Source: Leucoraja erinacea
Taxonomy: Eukaryota
Length of the DNA stretch: 64,000 nt
NCBI RefSeq assembly: GCF_028641065.1
Contig: NC_073405.1
Location: forward strand, 17,794,001-17,858,000
Direction of reading: 5' to 3'
Made by a program: the position numbers and the translations under genes. This document shows positions 38,645 through 51,560 of this stretch, piece after piece. Below the pieces are notes generated by a model, which ran no database searches, was not told where the DNA came from, and saw only the letters and a list, made by a program, of their open reading frames with translations. The stretch's first letter is position 1; every line of letters begins with the position of its first letter.

Positions 38645-41600
38645 TTGCATAAACTAGGCCTCTTTTATCACTGAAACACTAACCTTCACCACCTTCATAT
38701 GATGCATAAATTTAAAGAAGCTAATCAGTCAGAATGTACAGCAGCTGGCTATTGAATGGCAGCGGTTGATCATTACATTACTCCTGCCTATTTAATGTTT
38801 GGGTTTTTGTGATGCTAGTTAATAAAAGTTAGAGATCCAAAGAATGTGGAAGCCTCCCTGGGGAATAAAAGTGAAAAGAGGAATATTTATAATATTTTCA
38901 CCAATTATATTTTCGCCTGTGATTTTGCTCATCGGGGCATCTGGCAGTAAAATGCACACGCTGAAATAGACATGCGCTGACATTTTTGTAGCTAGGTTTA
39001 TGTATATTTACCATTTACCATGCAAGTATTGGGATTTCATGCTCCTTACTACATTATATTTATAGAAACCAAACAGCAAATCATTGATTTTGCACAATTT
39101 CTGGAGGAATAGTACATCCTGGACAGCACCACCTTGATTATCATGTTTAACCGTACAAACCTAAATTGATGACTTTTTACACAAAATACTGATACAAAGT
39201 CTCCAATGGATTTTGGTTAATGTACTGGTCACGAGAGGCCCAAAGAAACATTACGAAAGATTGAAAGAATGACTGGAGTACCTAAGGTTATTCAAAACAT
39301 TGTTTTTAATTTTAATATAATTGAAGAAAGATCATATCATTGTTAAAATCAAATCAAAACTTCAGGTTGAGGAAATCTGGGATAAAATCAGAAAATGGTG
39401 GAGATACTCAGCAGGTCAGGCAACATCTATAACGAGAAACAAAGTTAACATTGCAGATGAAGACCTTTATCATAACAAATGTTGGCCTGATATAACTAGG
39501 TTATAAATTAAACTGGAGACATAAGGAACTGATTTAACAATAAGAAACACACAGTGCCGGAGTAACTCGGAGAGAGTCAGGCAGCATCACTGGAGAACAT
39601 GGATAGGCAACGCTCAGGCACAATCAGTCTGAAGACTGTCCCGACCTAGAAACGTTGCCTCTCCTTGTTTTCCAGGGATGCTGCCTGAATTGCAGAATTA
39701 TTCCAGCACACTTAAAAAATATATATAATTACAGTTGAAAAACCACCATCATTGTCCCAAACAGTTCCTGCATCTGCACATCTGTGCAGCCTGCTCTCAA
39801 ATGCCACCTTGAAAGAAACTGCTTGCTTCCTCCATTCCAGTATCCCAAAATGGCAAACAAATCTTGTGATTATCATATCTTTTGATAGCAGGATTAAGAT
39901 AAAGCCTCCAATGAGCAGGGCCAAGAACAGGTTGTGCCCGTCATACTGTCCACCATGCTATGGCACCAAACATGTCTTAGACCACAGGGTAGAGGACTAG
40001 AACTGTTTTTCACAATAAATAAACTGTTATTTTGTGAGAACTTCGCATCCCATTCCTCATGAGTGAAGGGATGCAGATTGCTGTTAATTGAAGACATGGA
40101 CTGGACGCAGTAGACCGCTGGGGTCATCGACTTTAAGAAAAATTCAAGAGGTGAAGGATAGGAATTAATGTGAAACGTGGACTGGTTACACATTTCTTAT
40201 CAGGTTATTTTTGTATTGTAAATTTGTAATACAGTGTAATTGTCCTGTGTGATTCAGTTGTAGGGTTGAAGGGCATCATATATGTATTGCCTGTTGATTT
40301 AAATTATAAGTGCTGTATCTGGGGGGAAAAAAAAGACCGTGAGCAGTTGTAGATGCCTTTTCATTTAACCTCACTGCTCAAATTGCCATTTTACCTTTCT
40401 ATTATATCATTCTTTTTTTTCTCCTCAAGAGCTATTGAATGACACTGTCACAATATCCATATAATTAAAAGTTCTCTGTCTGTCACACGTCTGAAGTGCA
40501 CGGATAAACTGTCTATCAAGCTTCAAGGTGCCTATTACCTGATTGGCTCAAATAACTGTATCTGCTAAATTAACTGAGCTGATTTATTCAACTAAAAATC
40601 TGTCAGTCCTGAACCAAGATCTGAGCAACACTGAAATCATTTGATATTTTTTCAAAGAACGTTTGGAGCTCGCAGTTATTACAAAATAAATAGATATGGC
40701 GATATTTTTCCAGCTACCTTCTTGCATGAATTTTCTTCTTTGAGCTGTTCAAGATATTTGTAGTTACAATAATAATAATTAAAAAAATCACTGCCTTGCC
40801 CACAAAGATAATTAATATTAGAAATCTCAGTTGTTCTATGTGTATCCAAGAAATCTGAATCAATATTTGCAATGCATTTTGTTACTAGTCACTTGACATT
40901 GGTTCAGTAAGTGTACATTCTCTCAGTGATCGACAAACTTCAATGAGAACAGGGGGAGAGGAGGGCATGTGGCAGTTTGAGCCATCTCTGAAAAACAACA
41001 GGATCATTGAGGACATTCCATCCAGTGTCCATTTTCCTGCACTATCCCCATATCTCTTGATTCCCATAATATTCAGAAATCTATTGCTCTCTGTTTTGAT
41101 TGTTGACTGAACCTCCCCAGCCCTTCAGAGTAGAAAATTCCAAGGAAGACATTTTTCCTCATCTCTGTCGAAAATGATTTAACTATGACTCCTGGTTTTA
41201 CATTTCTCAGGCAAGATAAATATCCTCCCTGCATCTGCCCTGTCGAGCCACGTAAGAAATGTGAAGTTTCAGGGAAATTACCTCTGATTCTTTTAAATTC
41301 CTAGAGAAAACAGTCTGAACTTGGCTTCTCCTCTAGTGACAAGACTTGCCACCTCAGTAGTCCGTGCGGAGAATCTTTTGCATTAGCTCTATTGGAGATA
41401 TTTTTTGGTAGAAATACCTAAATTGTATATAATACTTAGGTACAGTCTCAACAGGGCCTGTGTAATGTTAATAAGACATCTTTACTCCTGATAGAGGACA
41501 ATATACCATCCTTTGCTTGCTTCTCCTTTTGAAAAACAATATTACCCGATTTGTCACCATGTAAAAATCTATGGTTTTCAGTTTTATGCACTGAAGATAA

Positions 41601-41805
41601 TTTGCACATTATGTTCTTATCTGTCATTTTCGTACCTACTCCTTCAGCTTGCTTATATTCTCACAAATAATTTTTATATCCTCCACCCTACTCGCAGTCG
41701 CACCGTGTGAATATTTGGAGCACAAGCACCGATCTCTGTGGTGTTTCACGTGTCATATCCTGTATATCTGACAAGGTCCTGTTAATTCTCACTCATTGCT
41801 TCTTA

Positions 41806-43864
41806 TTTGTTAACAGATACCTCAATACATACCAGTCCATTACACCCACGCCAATCTTACCATGAGTTTCATGTGCTGTAACTTTATCCCTCTTCGTAAA
41901 TTGAAATAAGGGTATGGTATGAGGCTGAGAAAGAGATTTTTGGACATAAAGGAATCAAGGCATATGTGAAAGAGTGGAAAATCAGACTTCAATTACTGGC
42001 TCGGCTAACATCTTATTGAATGTCAGAGTAAGCCTGAAGGGGTAATTGAGTATGTTCTTATATCTTTGAATTAGCAGTATTTCAGAATGGAAATAGGCCA
42101 ATAGAACAAAGTTTGCGCTGGTGTTTTTTCACATATTCTCCTGTCAGTCCCCATCTTGCTCTTTCTGTTTGCTTTTTAAACATTAATCTTTCAACAAATT
42201 ATTGGTATCTTTGTGCTTTGACAGTTGTATGACTGAAGATTCTTTGCAGTGACCAGCGTCTGTGTGGTACCCGTTTGTAATTTTCCTTTTTTTTGGGTAA
42301 TGTGTATTTATGTTCTTCCCTAAAACATCACACCAGGTCACATCGACGAAGAACGCAGACAAGGAGACAAAAAACTGAAGAACAGAAACCAGTGGGTGAG
42401 GCTGCGACTGAGGAAACTGTTGGAAAAGATGTGATTGATGAGGATGCCAAAGTCAGGGAAGAGCACAAAAGAACAATGGACACGGAAGAAGGCAGCAAAC
42501 CTAGCAAAGTTACAATATTGGAGATCGGACAAGATAATCTCACAGAAAATTTGTTTGATCACCGTTTTCCAGGTGTGCATTCGAAGCTGCTACTGTTCTT
42601 TCCATTGTGTTTTATGTAGGATGCAATGAAAATGAATAGTGCTTGTATTATTTTCTATTAGTACACAGTGAACATAGATAAACTTCCCTTGGATATATGG
42701 AACAAATGAAAAGTGATACAGTACACCAGTGAAGGTGGAAATGATGCATATGCTTTCTTAGTTCACTTCCACATCACTTTTTGAAAAATGGACAAGCATT
42801 ACAAATCGAAGGCCAGCTGATAACATCAATCTGTTATTCACTCTAGTTTAGTTTTGAGATACAGCGCGGAAACTGGCCATTCGGCCCACCGTGTCCATGC
42901 CGACCAGCGATCACCGCATAAAGTTTTTTAGTTTCATGTCAGCATGAAAGACTTATCTACACTTTGTCAGCTTCTGACATTCTCATGCTGTGTTTGGAGA
43001 ACATGGATTTTCCGTACTTTGCTGTTTTCTGCAAGGCTCTTCATTATCTTGATGTTTTTTTCTAAACCATTGCGATTGTTCATTTTCAGAAATTGTGCAT
43101 CAGCAGTAATTTATGCGCTTGCTGTGCAATAGCATTATTATTTCTAGTTTTAGATTTGTGAATTTAAAATTATTTCACTTGCCGCCATGGAACTTATAAA
43201 AAAAAAGAGTGATACATTAGTTCTATTAGTATGTGCTCAATTTTAACACTGGCTCCAAGTATTCAGTCTCTATAATACATGTATTTTTCCACTATCCTCG
43301 GGCATTGACAACTTTTGACAAGTAAAGATCTAAAGCATATGAAATATGCACTTTAACCTTTCTCAAAATAAAAGTTAAATCAAGGCATTTTTTCAAATGC
43401 TCTTCCTTTCCTGTGACATGATTGTGTGGATTACGGATTGAAAATATATCTAGCACATTGGAAAAGATTATTGTAGTTCTTATTAATGCTTGTTTTATAA
43501 GTTGTACTTGAAGTGGCAATGGAAATACCTAGCCTAAACATTTTTTTGCTTTAACTGGACTATCAATATCATTGTAAAACTCTTGTCAGAAATCACAGAA
43601 TTCGCAGACATTTAAGAGGCCATTTTTCAAAATTGCTTCCCAAAACTGCAAGAGGCAGCATTTTGAATATTTCCACATTTGAGGACATTAGTTAGTCAGA
43701 AAGTGCAGGTTATTTCTTTTTTTTTGTTAACAGATTCCTCAATACATACCAGTCCATTACACCCACCCCCATCTTACGATGAGTTTCATGTGCTGTAACG
43801 TTATTCCTCTTCTTAAATTGAAATGAGGGTATAGTATGAGGCTGAGAAAGAGATTTTTGGACAT
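41806..43864 (+). repeat. 142-bp direct repeat pair (41806-41947 and 43723-43864)
   Basis: Aligned by eye: ungapped, 9 mismatches. Confidence 0.9.
42337..42572 (+). CDS. KDM4B: KDM4B coding exon (SHRRRTQTRRQKTEEQKPVGE... acidic linker)
   Basis: caccag|G acceptor completes the phase-2 Arg codon. The start resembles KDM4B [21 protein letters not shown]. Donor CAG|gtgtgc is phase 1. The 3' end is less certain because a second in-frame donor exists at 42395. Confidence 0.8.
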
Positions 43865-45924
43865 TAATTTAAATTGGTTTCTTGTAAAATTGAGTTCACG
43901 ACAAAGCAGTTAATGTGCTTTAATGTTTCTATCAATTGAATGTAATCTTGAAGCCTATGAATTTTATTGGCAATGATTGAGATGTAATTGGATGGAGCAG
44001 ACCAAAATAGTAACTCAGACTTTACCGTCAGCAAATGTTGCTCACTCTCATCCTCAATGATTCAGTGGGTTCTTTGACATGAACTCCTCTTTCCTAAAAC
44101 AAATATCATCAGTGTAAGGGCACAATCAGAAAAAATCTGACTAAATAGACTGGAAAGTACAATGCTCTAACCTTTGTGAATTTGAAAAAAATATTAAATA
44201 GATGAGAATGAAAAATATGATATGCATGTTGATTAAGAAAAAATGCAATGTCATGAACAAACTTGAATGATTTAAAAATCTCTGGAATTTTGAAATAATT
44301 ATTTTTGAAGAATTTAACAGTCTTCATGTAACGTTAGTTTTTGGGGGCAGCGAGGATGTATATTTCACATGTTTTAGATCATACCATCAGAATTTGGAAC
44401 TCGTAAATGTTCAGAAATGGTGCAAAGAACACAAATGTATCGTACAGATCCCAATGCTTTGAGCCATGGTTAAAATTGAGCACAAACTCATAGAATTAAT
44501 ACATGTCTCTTTTTTTTAATCAAGTTGCTAGGTACCAAGTGTAATGACTAAATTTACAAAGCCAAACATAATTAAGACTTGCCATAGCAGTTAGAACTCA
44601 TTTATACATAACATTTCCAATACTCTTAAAACAGCAAATCATACAAAAGCTGTTGAAGTGTTAAATGAGATCCATTATGGATCCTTCTTCAGACTGATGG
44701 ACTTGACAATATTTTAGTGCTGAATCAAGAGTCTTGATAAAAATTGAGGTCAACAGCGGAAGAGAATCAGTGGGCAAAACAGAAAGTGATTGGGTGACTC
44801 AGCGGGTCAGGCAACATCTGTGGAATGGATAGGCGACTGAAGTCTGAAGAATGGTGCTGACCCTAAATGTCACTTATCCCTTCCCTCCGCAGATGGAAGT
44901 ATACTGCCAGTATGCTGAGTTATTCCAACACGTGTTTTGCTCAGGATTCCATCATCTGCTGTTCCCTAAATCTCCAAGAGAACCAGTATGTGTGGTCATA
45001 CCTTGCACAAAGGGTGTTGATGTTGGAGGGCAGTCATTTCAGCTCCAGGTCATTGTGACAGGAGTTTCTCAAGGCAGTGTCCGAGACCCAACCAACATCA
45101 TGAACTTCCATCATTGTTTCAGAAGTGTGCTTGCTTGCTGATAATTACACTATCATTAATTCTTTTGATACCTTCTCAGAAATTGATGTCATCTTACATG
45201 CAGACCTAGAAGCATTTAAGCATTAAATCTTTTGCGAAGTACCAGATAATGATCATCTGTCAAGCCTCTTGTCATAATGTGGATCGCCTTGATCAGAAAT
45301 TTAATTTTCTAACACCCTAAAGCTTTTACCATGTCTGCCATCTACAAAATGAGCTGCAGTAACATTGCCTTGGCTTTTCAGGTAGTATGTGAAATTTCAT
45401 GAAGGCAAAGATAACATGAGCAAGGCAACATGAACACTTAAAGGATTCCCTCTTTGACTCACACCACCCTGACTGGGAAATACATTGGCCTTTCATCATA
45501 TTAGAACTTAATCTCAAGACTTTGCACTGATCTGCTGTGGGAGTTTCAGAAGAAATGCACTAGTTCAGGAGAGTTTACTATTACATTCCCAAGGATATTT
45601 AGGCATAGGAAATAGATGCTGCCTTTATCAGCAATGTCTAACTTCTGTAAAAATCATTTAAAATAACAAACACTTAATGGTGCAAGTTTACACAAATAAT
45701 TGGAGACACAAGGAAATGTACATACTGGAATCATGAGCAAACAGTTCTGAAGAAGGGTCCCAATCCAAAATGTCGCCTGTCCGTTCCCTCCACAGATGCT
45801 GCCTTATCTGCTGAGTTCATTCAGCACTTTATGCTTTACACTAATAATTCGTCCTTCATCAAATTCAAATGGAAACTGCTGAGTGGTGCATCTCGTAGCT
45901 TCATCTGTGGCGAAGAAATTTATT

Positions 45925-46949
45925 TGAACTTGAGCAGATAGGATGTGTCTATACACTTCAGAATTCATTATGCTACTATCATCAGCAGTTGTATCATCAA
46001 TGACGATAAGTGAGCAGCCATACATTCCCAGGCCATAACACCCCCACCACCGTGTTTCACACATGAGGTAGTATGCTTTGGATCTTGGGCAGTTCCTTCT
46101 TTCCTCCATACTTTGCTCTTGCCATCACTCTGATATGCGAATCTTCGTTTAATCTGTCTAGACCTTTTTTCTAACTCTTTTAAGTACTTCTTGGCAAACT
46201 GTAACCTGGCCATCCTTTTTTTGCGGTTAACCAGTGGTTTGCATCTTGCAGTGTAACCTCTGTATTTCCGTTCATGAAGTCTTCTGTAGACAGTGGTCAT
46301 TGACAAATCCACATCTGACTCCTGAAGAGTGTTTCTGATCTGTTGGACAGGTGTTTAGGGATTTTTCTTTATTATAGAGAGAATTTTTCTGTCATCAGCT
46401 GTGGAGGTCTTCCTTGGCCTGTCAGTCCCTTTGCAATTAGTAAGTGCACCAGTGCTTTCTTTCTTCTTAATGATGTTCCAAACAGTTGATTTTGGTACGC
46501 CTAATGTTTGGCTGATGTCTCTAACAGTTTTATTCTTGTTTCTCAGTCTCATATGGCTTCTTTGACTTTAATTGGCACAACTTTGATCCTCATGTTGATA
46601 AACAGCAATAAAAGTTTCCAAAGGTGATGGAAAGACTGGAGGAAAGATTTGGTGCTGAGAGCTTTCGTATACCGGCATTAAGGAGGCAATTAAACACATG
46701 TGAGAAATTACAAACGCCTGTGAAGCCATGAGTCCCAAACATGGTGCCCTGAAAAGGGGGGACTATGTACAAAGCCAGCTGTAATTTCTACCTGGTGAAA
46801 CCAAAATGCATAAAAATGGCCTTTAATAAAACCTGACAATGTGCACTTTAACCAAATGTATTTTTTTCTATTACAAATCTCAAATTGTGGAGTACAGAGG
46901 CAAATAAATCAGTGATGAGTCTTTGTCACACGCATTATGGTGGGCACTA
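45925..46949 (-). mobile_element. Tc1-like transposon, truncated and frameshifted
   Basis: HTH RDISQTLGVPKSTVWNIIKK, RPRKTS, TTVYRRLHE..ARCKPL, QSDGKSKVWR, VKHGGGGVMAW; terminal repeat ends at 46949; 3' half of the DDE domain missing. Confidence 0.93.
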
Positions 46950-47204
46950 TATGTATTGGAAGGGTTCAGAGGTGCATGGGCCAAAAGCAGGACCCTCAGT
47001 ACTGTACTTGTGTGTCTACTACATTTATCCAATACTACCTTGGGAAAGAGCTGCTACTGAGCTGATATGATGCATGAAATAACCCGTCCTTGACAGATGA
47101 TCTTTTACTTTCATTGTATGCCTAATTTCTATAGCGTTTGATTGTAAATGAGTGTGAAAACTATTACAAGGTCTCAATCTACATTTTTGTTTTTCTGTGA
47201 ACAG

Positions 47205-47626
47205 CAAATGGCAAACCACTGAAATCATATTCTCGTTCTTCAAAATCCAAAAATGAAAAGAGAAAGAAAAGGGTGGAACCAGACACAACAGCAGCTACCT
47301 CAAGTGATGGCACCGAAGCCAGAGCAGAATCATCCCGTGCAGATTCACCCACTGCATTGGCAACTATGCTGTCAGAGAGTTTTGCTGCTGATGCAGAATT
47401 TATGCCCAGAAGTCAACCCACCATGATGTACGTACTCCCAAAATCAAAAAAGGTGATCTTTGACAAGATGCACATGTCCTGCCAGCAGGCCTTCGAGCGG
47501 TTCGCCACCAGGAACAAAGTGGCATCGTGGAAGGAATCAGAGACCAGCAATGAGGGAGCAGCAATGGAGGAGGAAGCAAGTGACCATGAAAGTGTTGACG
47601 CCACTTTTGAAACTACTGATGTACAG
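47205..47626 (+). CDS. KDM4B: KDM4B coding exon (linker with MMYVLPK...MSCQQAFERFA motif)
   Basis: ttttctgtgaacag acceptor, phase 1, open frame, donor CAG|gtacac, phase 0. Matches KDM4B [36 protein letters not shown]. Confidence 0.92.
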
Positions 47627-47715
47627 GTACACCAAAGAAAACATTTAATTTGTGGATTTCAATTAAAAAAATCCTCGCGAGTGTCATATATCCCAAAACG
47701 GAACAATGAGATTCT

Positions 47716-48212
47716 TACGAAAATGCTGGAGAAACTCAGCGGGTGAGGCAGCATCTATGGAGCGAAGGAACAGGTGACGTTTCGGGTCGAGACCCTTCTT
47801 CAGAGGTGGGGGGCGGGAAAAAGAAAGGAAGAGGCGGAGACAGTAGGCTGTGGGAGAGCTGGAAAGCGGAGGGGAAGGAGGGAGAAAGCAAGGACTACCT
47901 GAAATTGGAGAAGTCAGTGTTCACACCGCTGGGGTGTAAACTGCCGAAGCGAAATATGAGGTGCTACTCCTCCAATTTGCGGTGGGACTCACTCTGGCCA
48001 TGGAGGAGGCCCAGGACAGAAAGGTTGGATTCGGGGAGGGGGAAGGGGGAGTTGAAGTGCTGGGCCACCGGGAGATCAGGTTAGTGCGAACCGAGCGGAG
48101 GTGTTGGGCAAAGCGATCACCAAACCTACGCTTAGTCTCACCGATGTAGAGCAGCTGACATCTAGAGCAGCAGATGCAACAGATGAGGTTGGAGGAGGTG
48201 CAGGTGAACCTC
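47716..48212 (-). mobile_element. Penelope-like element 3' portion with intact hammerhead core
   Basis: Reverse complement of about 38105-38600 (GIY-YIG region plus pLTR); inserted about 90 bp after a KDM4B exon. Confidence 0.9.
47772..47805 (-). ncRNA. Minimal type I hammerhead ribozyme motif
   Basis: CUGAAGA-A-GGGUC(UC)GACCC-GAAA-C-GUC-accu: conserved core boxes, stem II and GUC triplet. Confidence 0.65.
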
Positions 48213-49138
48213 TGGATAATAACACATGTGCTAAGTTTTCAGCCATATTGCCCGCTTTTTCTTTATCCGAAGCATATTGTCCTTCCATATCAATCTGTAC
48301 CTCATTTAAGAAGAACACAGTTAACTTTGAAAATCTCTGCTCATTGCATTTTTGGATGAACTACGCCAGATGCGTTTCTGTAAAACTCATAATCCCATTT
48401 CATTTTCATCTTTTAAAGTGGTGAATGTGGAAGAACTGCATGGTGTCCAGGGATGCAAAGTCATATTCTGAAGGCTGCATTGGCTCTGAATTTTAAGTTG
48501 TCTTTATATAGTCCTAATAGTTGAAAATATTACACAGGCCAGCAGGGTGGCTGTATTTTTCAATCAAGACTGCTAACACACATACGTTTATAACTATTTG
48601 TAATCTTAAACTTTTTTTCATTACATTTGTATTAGAATATAATGGGATAAATATTTCTGAGATGAATACAGCTTTTGGTAAATGCAAGAACGTTTGTAGG
48701 TATAAGGAACTGTAGATGCTGGAATCATGAATAAAACACAGTATTGGAATAATTTGGCGGGTCAGGCAGCATCCCTGGGGAACATGGATAGGTAATGTTT
48801 TAACCCATCTTCAAACCATTGTTTTTCAATGAAGGAATAATTCAAATTAAAAATGATCAAATTAAAATTGATCAAAAAGTGTCATTTATATATAAGAAAC
48901 ATGTTACTTATAAGTATGTTATCAAAGTTAAAGGATAGATAATAAACAAGCTAATTGCAAAGCAAAAACAGCAGATGCTGGAAATCTGTACCACTCTGAA
49001 ATGTTTCCAGCATTTTCCCTTTATATTTATGACTCTTCTAAAAGAATTGCTTTTCAACACGTGTTTTAGTCACTGTAGTATTAGGCAAATCCAAATCTGT
49101 GGATTATTTCTTGATTCCTAATCTCTTGACTATTTCAG

Positions 49139-49259
49139 TTGCCTCCAGTTTATCCAAAATTGAAGAAAGAGATCACTAAGAGTCGACGCCATCCATTCAG
49201 TAAACCACCAGCTAGATCGCCGTTATCAGTTGTCAAACTTGAACCAAGCAGTGATGAAG
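49139..49259 (+). CDS. KDM4B: KDM4B coding exon ([40 protein letters not shown]); absent from the ORF track
   Basis: tatttcag acceptor, G|gtgagt donor, 121 nt, phase 0 to 1. Matches KDM4[36 protein letters not shown]. Confidence 0.95.
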
Positions 49260-50769
49260 GTGAGTGAACTTGTTTTTAACCAAAAAAATGGAAAGCACAG
49301 TATTTGTTGAATATAGAATGCTCAAGACTTTGTCAAACTCTTTGTGCACCCATAACAAAAATGTCTCGGAATAGTTCTAATCTCAACCATACCCCATTCT
49401 TACCAATTTACTCATCGAGCAATGTTCAATCCTATAATTCTTATCTATGCTTTATTATTATTCCGTCTGTGTAATCTCCTCCATTCCGGTAACCTTCAAG
49501 ATTGGTTGTGCTTCTCAAATTCAGGCCTCCTGATCTCTTGCAAACCATTGGGTCAAGATTTAGGGTCACTTTCTCTCAAGTGCAAAGTTGCAAGAAAAGT
49601 GCAAGTTGGAGAAGTAACAGAGATACTTTGTGGAAAATCATGAGTTTGGATTACCGGTGAATGGAGAATTTATATATAGTGTGAAGACTAGAGCTGATTG
49701 AATGGTAAAGAACAATGGAGACTGGATTATTGGTAAAGATTTTAACACCAAGGAAATGAAGGAGTATTGTGACTGAGGAAGTAAGGTATTGGAATTGAGT
49801 CAGCATGTGAAGGGAAATCATTTATAGTTTGCCTTCGAAGCAGTAAGAAAATCAGTTGAAGGATGAGGGAACACAATATTAAGATGTAAATGCGAGTTTA
49901 AGGAAGAAAGTAAATTTGCAGTTTGGCTATATAAAAGAGGTAGTGCAGGGTTCCACGCTTGAAAGCAATACGTACTGGAATTCAAACAAATTAGACCAAA
50001 GTATGGTTGCGAAAATAAACATTTGGTACATTAGATCAACTTGCTTTTCTCAAAGTGTTGTCGACGTAGAAGAACTTGAGCTATCAAACTCGTGTGCTAT
50101 CAGTCTGTGTGCCTCCGCCAAAGTTGAACATCCCGAGTCTCAAATACTGATATTGATATTTTCATTGGTTCAATGAAATAGTTGAACCAAGGTTTAATAA
50201 TTTTAACCATCACTTTGCAAGAGAACTGAGATTGTAAAATTTGAGGATTGCATCTGAAGGAAGCTGATGAACATGGAGTTGAATAAGTTCGTAAAAATAA
50301 GTTTGGAGGAAATATTATATGCTATTTAATCATTCTGAAGGTCATATTGAAAACATTCTTGCATATTATTCTGGCAGATCAATATTATCCTTAATATATT
50401 TTGATCAAGCAATGCACAAACTAGTGACGTTCTCATTATTGTTATTGGTTTCATAGTTTGTGCTGTAATGTAATTGGAAATTATGATATGCACATCAGTT
50501 TATGGATTTGAAATATATTCCAGGCACTCCCTGACTTGCGTAATATGCAATTTATGTAAACTCACACTTGCATAAACTATGCAGAATAGGTGATGCCGTT
50601 TCCGGAAAGACCTTTGTTATTGCAACGGGAGAATGTAACCCTTGCTGCATAAATCGTGGAATGTCTGTAATTGCATAATTCTAGATAAATCATTTAAAAC
50701 TTTTTAAAACCATTGAAAAGATTATCGTGTATTCCCAGAGCATTTCTCAAAGAAAGTTCCTGCGAGTGT

Positions 50770-51030
50770 CATTGTGATAATGGCAAATAATATGTTTCTG
50801 AAGTGTTGAGTAAAGATAAATCTTTGCCGGGCTGCTGAGGAAACTCCCTGCTCTGTGAAATAGACCCATGGGAGCTTTTGAATGGAGCCTCACTTGAATA
50901 GAATTTCCAAAAAGGAGCATATCTGATAGTCCAGCACTGCCTTAGTACTAAACTGCATTGTTAGCCAATTTTTATTGTGCTTAAATTCTGCTGTGTTGCT
51001 TGAACCCACAATCTTCTGACTAGGGTCAGT
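50770..51030 (-). mobile_element. Deu-domain SINE (SacSINE1-like) with tRNA-derived head
   Basis: B-box-like agtcagaagattgtgggttcaag on the minus strand, plus aactccctgctct..catggga and cagcactgccttagtact core blocks. Confidence 0.65.
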
Positions 51031-51269
51031 ACCATCAGATATTTTTAAAGAGGAGATAGATAGATTCTTGATTAGTACAGGTGTCATGGGTTTTGGGGAG
51101 AAGGCAAGAGAATGGTGTTAGGAGGGAGAGATAGATCAGCCATGATTGAATGACGGTGTTGACTTAATGGGCTGAATGGTCTGGTTCTGTTCCCTATCAC
51201 CTTTGACCTTATGATCAAGTGCGGCATTATACTGGACATGAGAGGTTGAACCATCGAACCACAGAGGGA

Positions 51270-51560
51270 GGGCAGCACAGTAACACAGCTGGTGGAACTG
51301 CTGCCTTACAGCTTCAATCCTGACCTTGGGTGCTATTTGTGTGGTGTTTGCACATTCTCCCTGTGACCGTGTGGGTTTCCTCTGGGTGCTCTTATTCACT
51401 CCCACATCCCAAAGACGTGTGTGTTTGCAGGTTAATTAGCTGCAGTAAAATTGTCCCTCGCGTGCAGGGAGTGGATGAGAAAGTGGGATAACATAGTGTG
51501 ATCATGTGATCGATGATTGACGTGCTCAGTGGGCCGAAGGGCCTGTTTAGATGCTATATT
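51270..51560 (+). mobile_element. HE1-type V-SINE
   Basis: tRNA-like head, ttgcacattctccctgtgaccgtgtgggtttcctctgggtgctc V-core, gggccgaagggcctgttt tail. A further partial copy lies at about 53550-53665. Confidence 0.8.

Noticed and set aside
47627-47746. Extension of ORF 47273-47746 beyond the exon
   Set aside because: Read-through past the CAG|gt donor into intron and Penelope sequence.
50521-50660. caggcactccctgacttgcg, a possible old Tigger-like left end
   Set aside because: No TA flank and no matching right end found; too weak to call.
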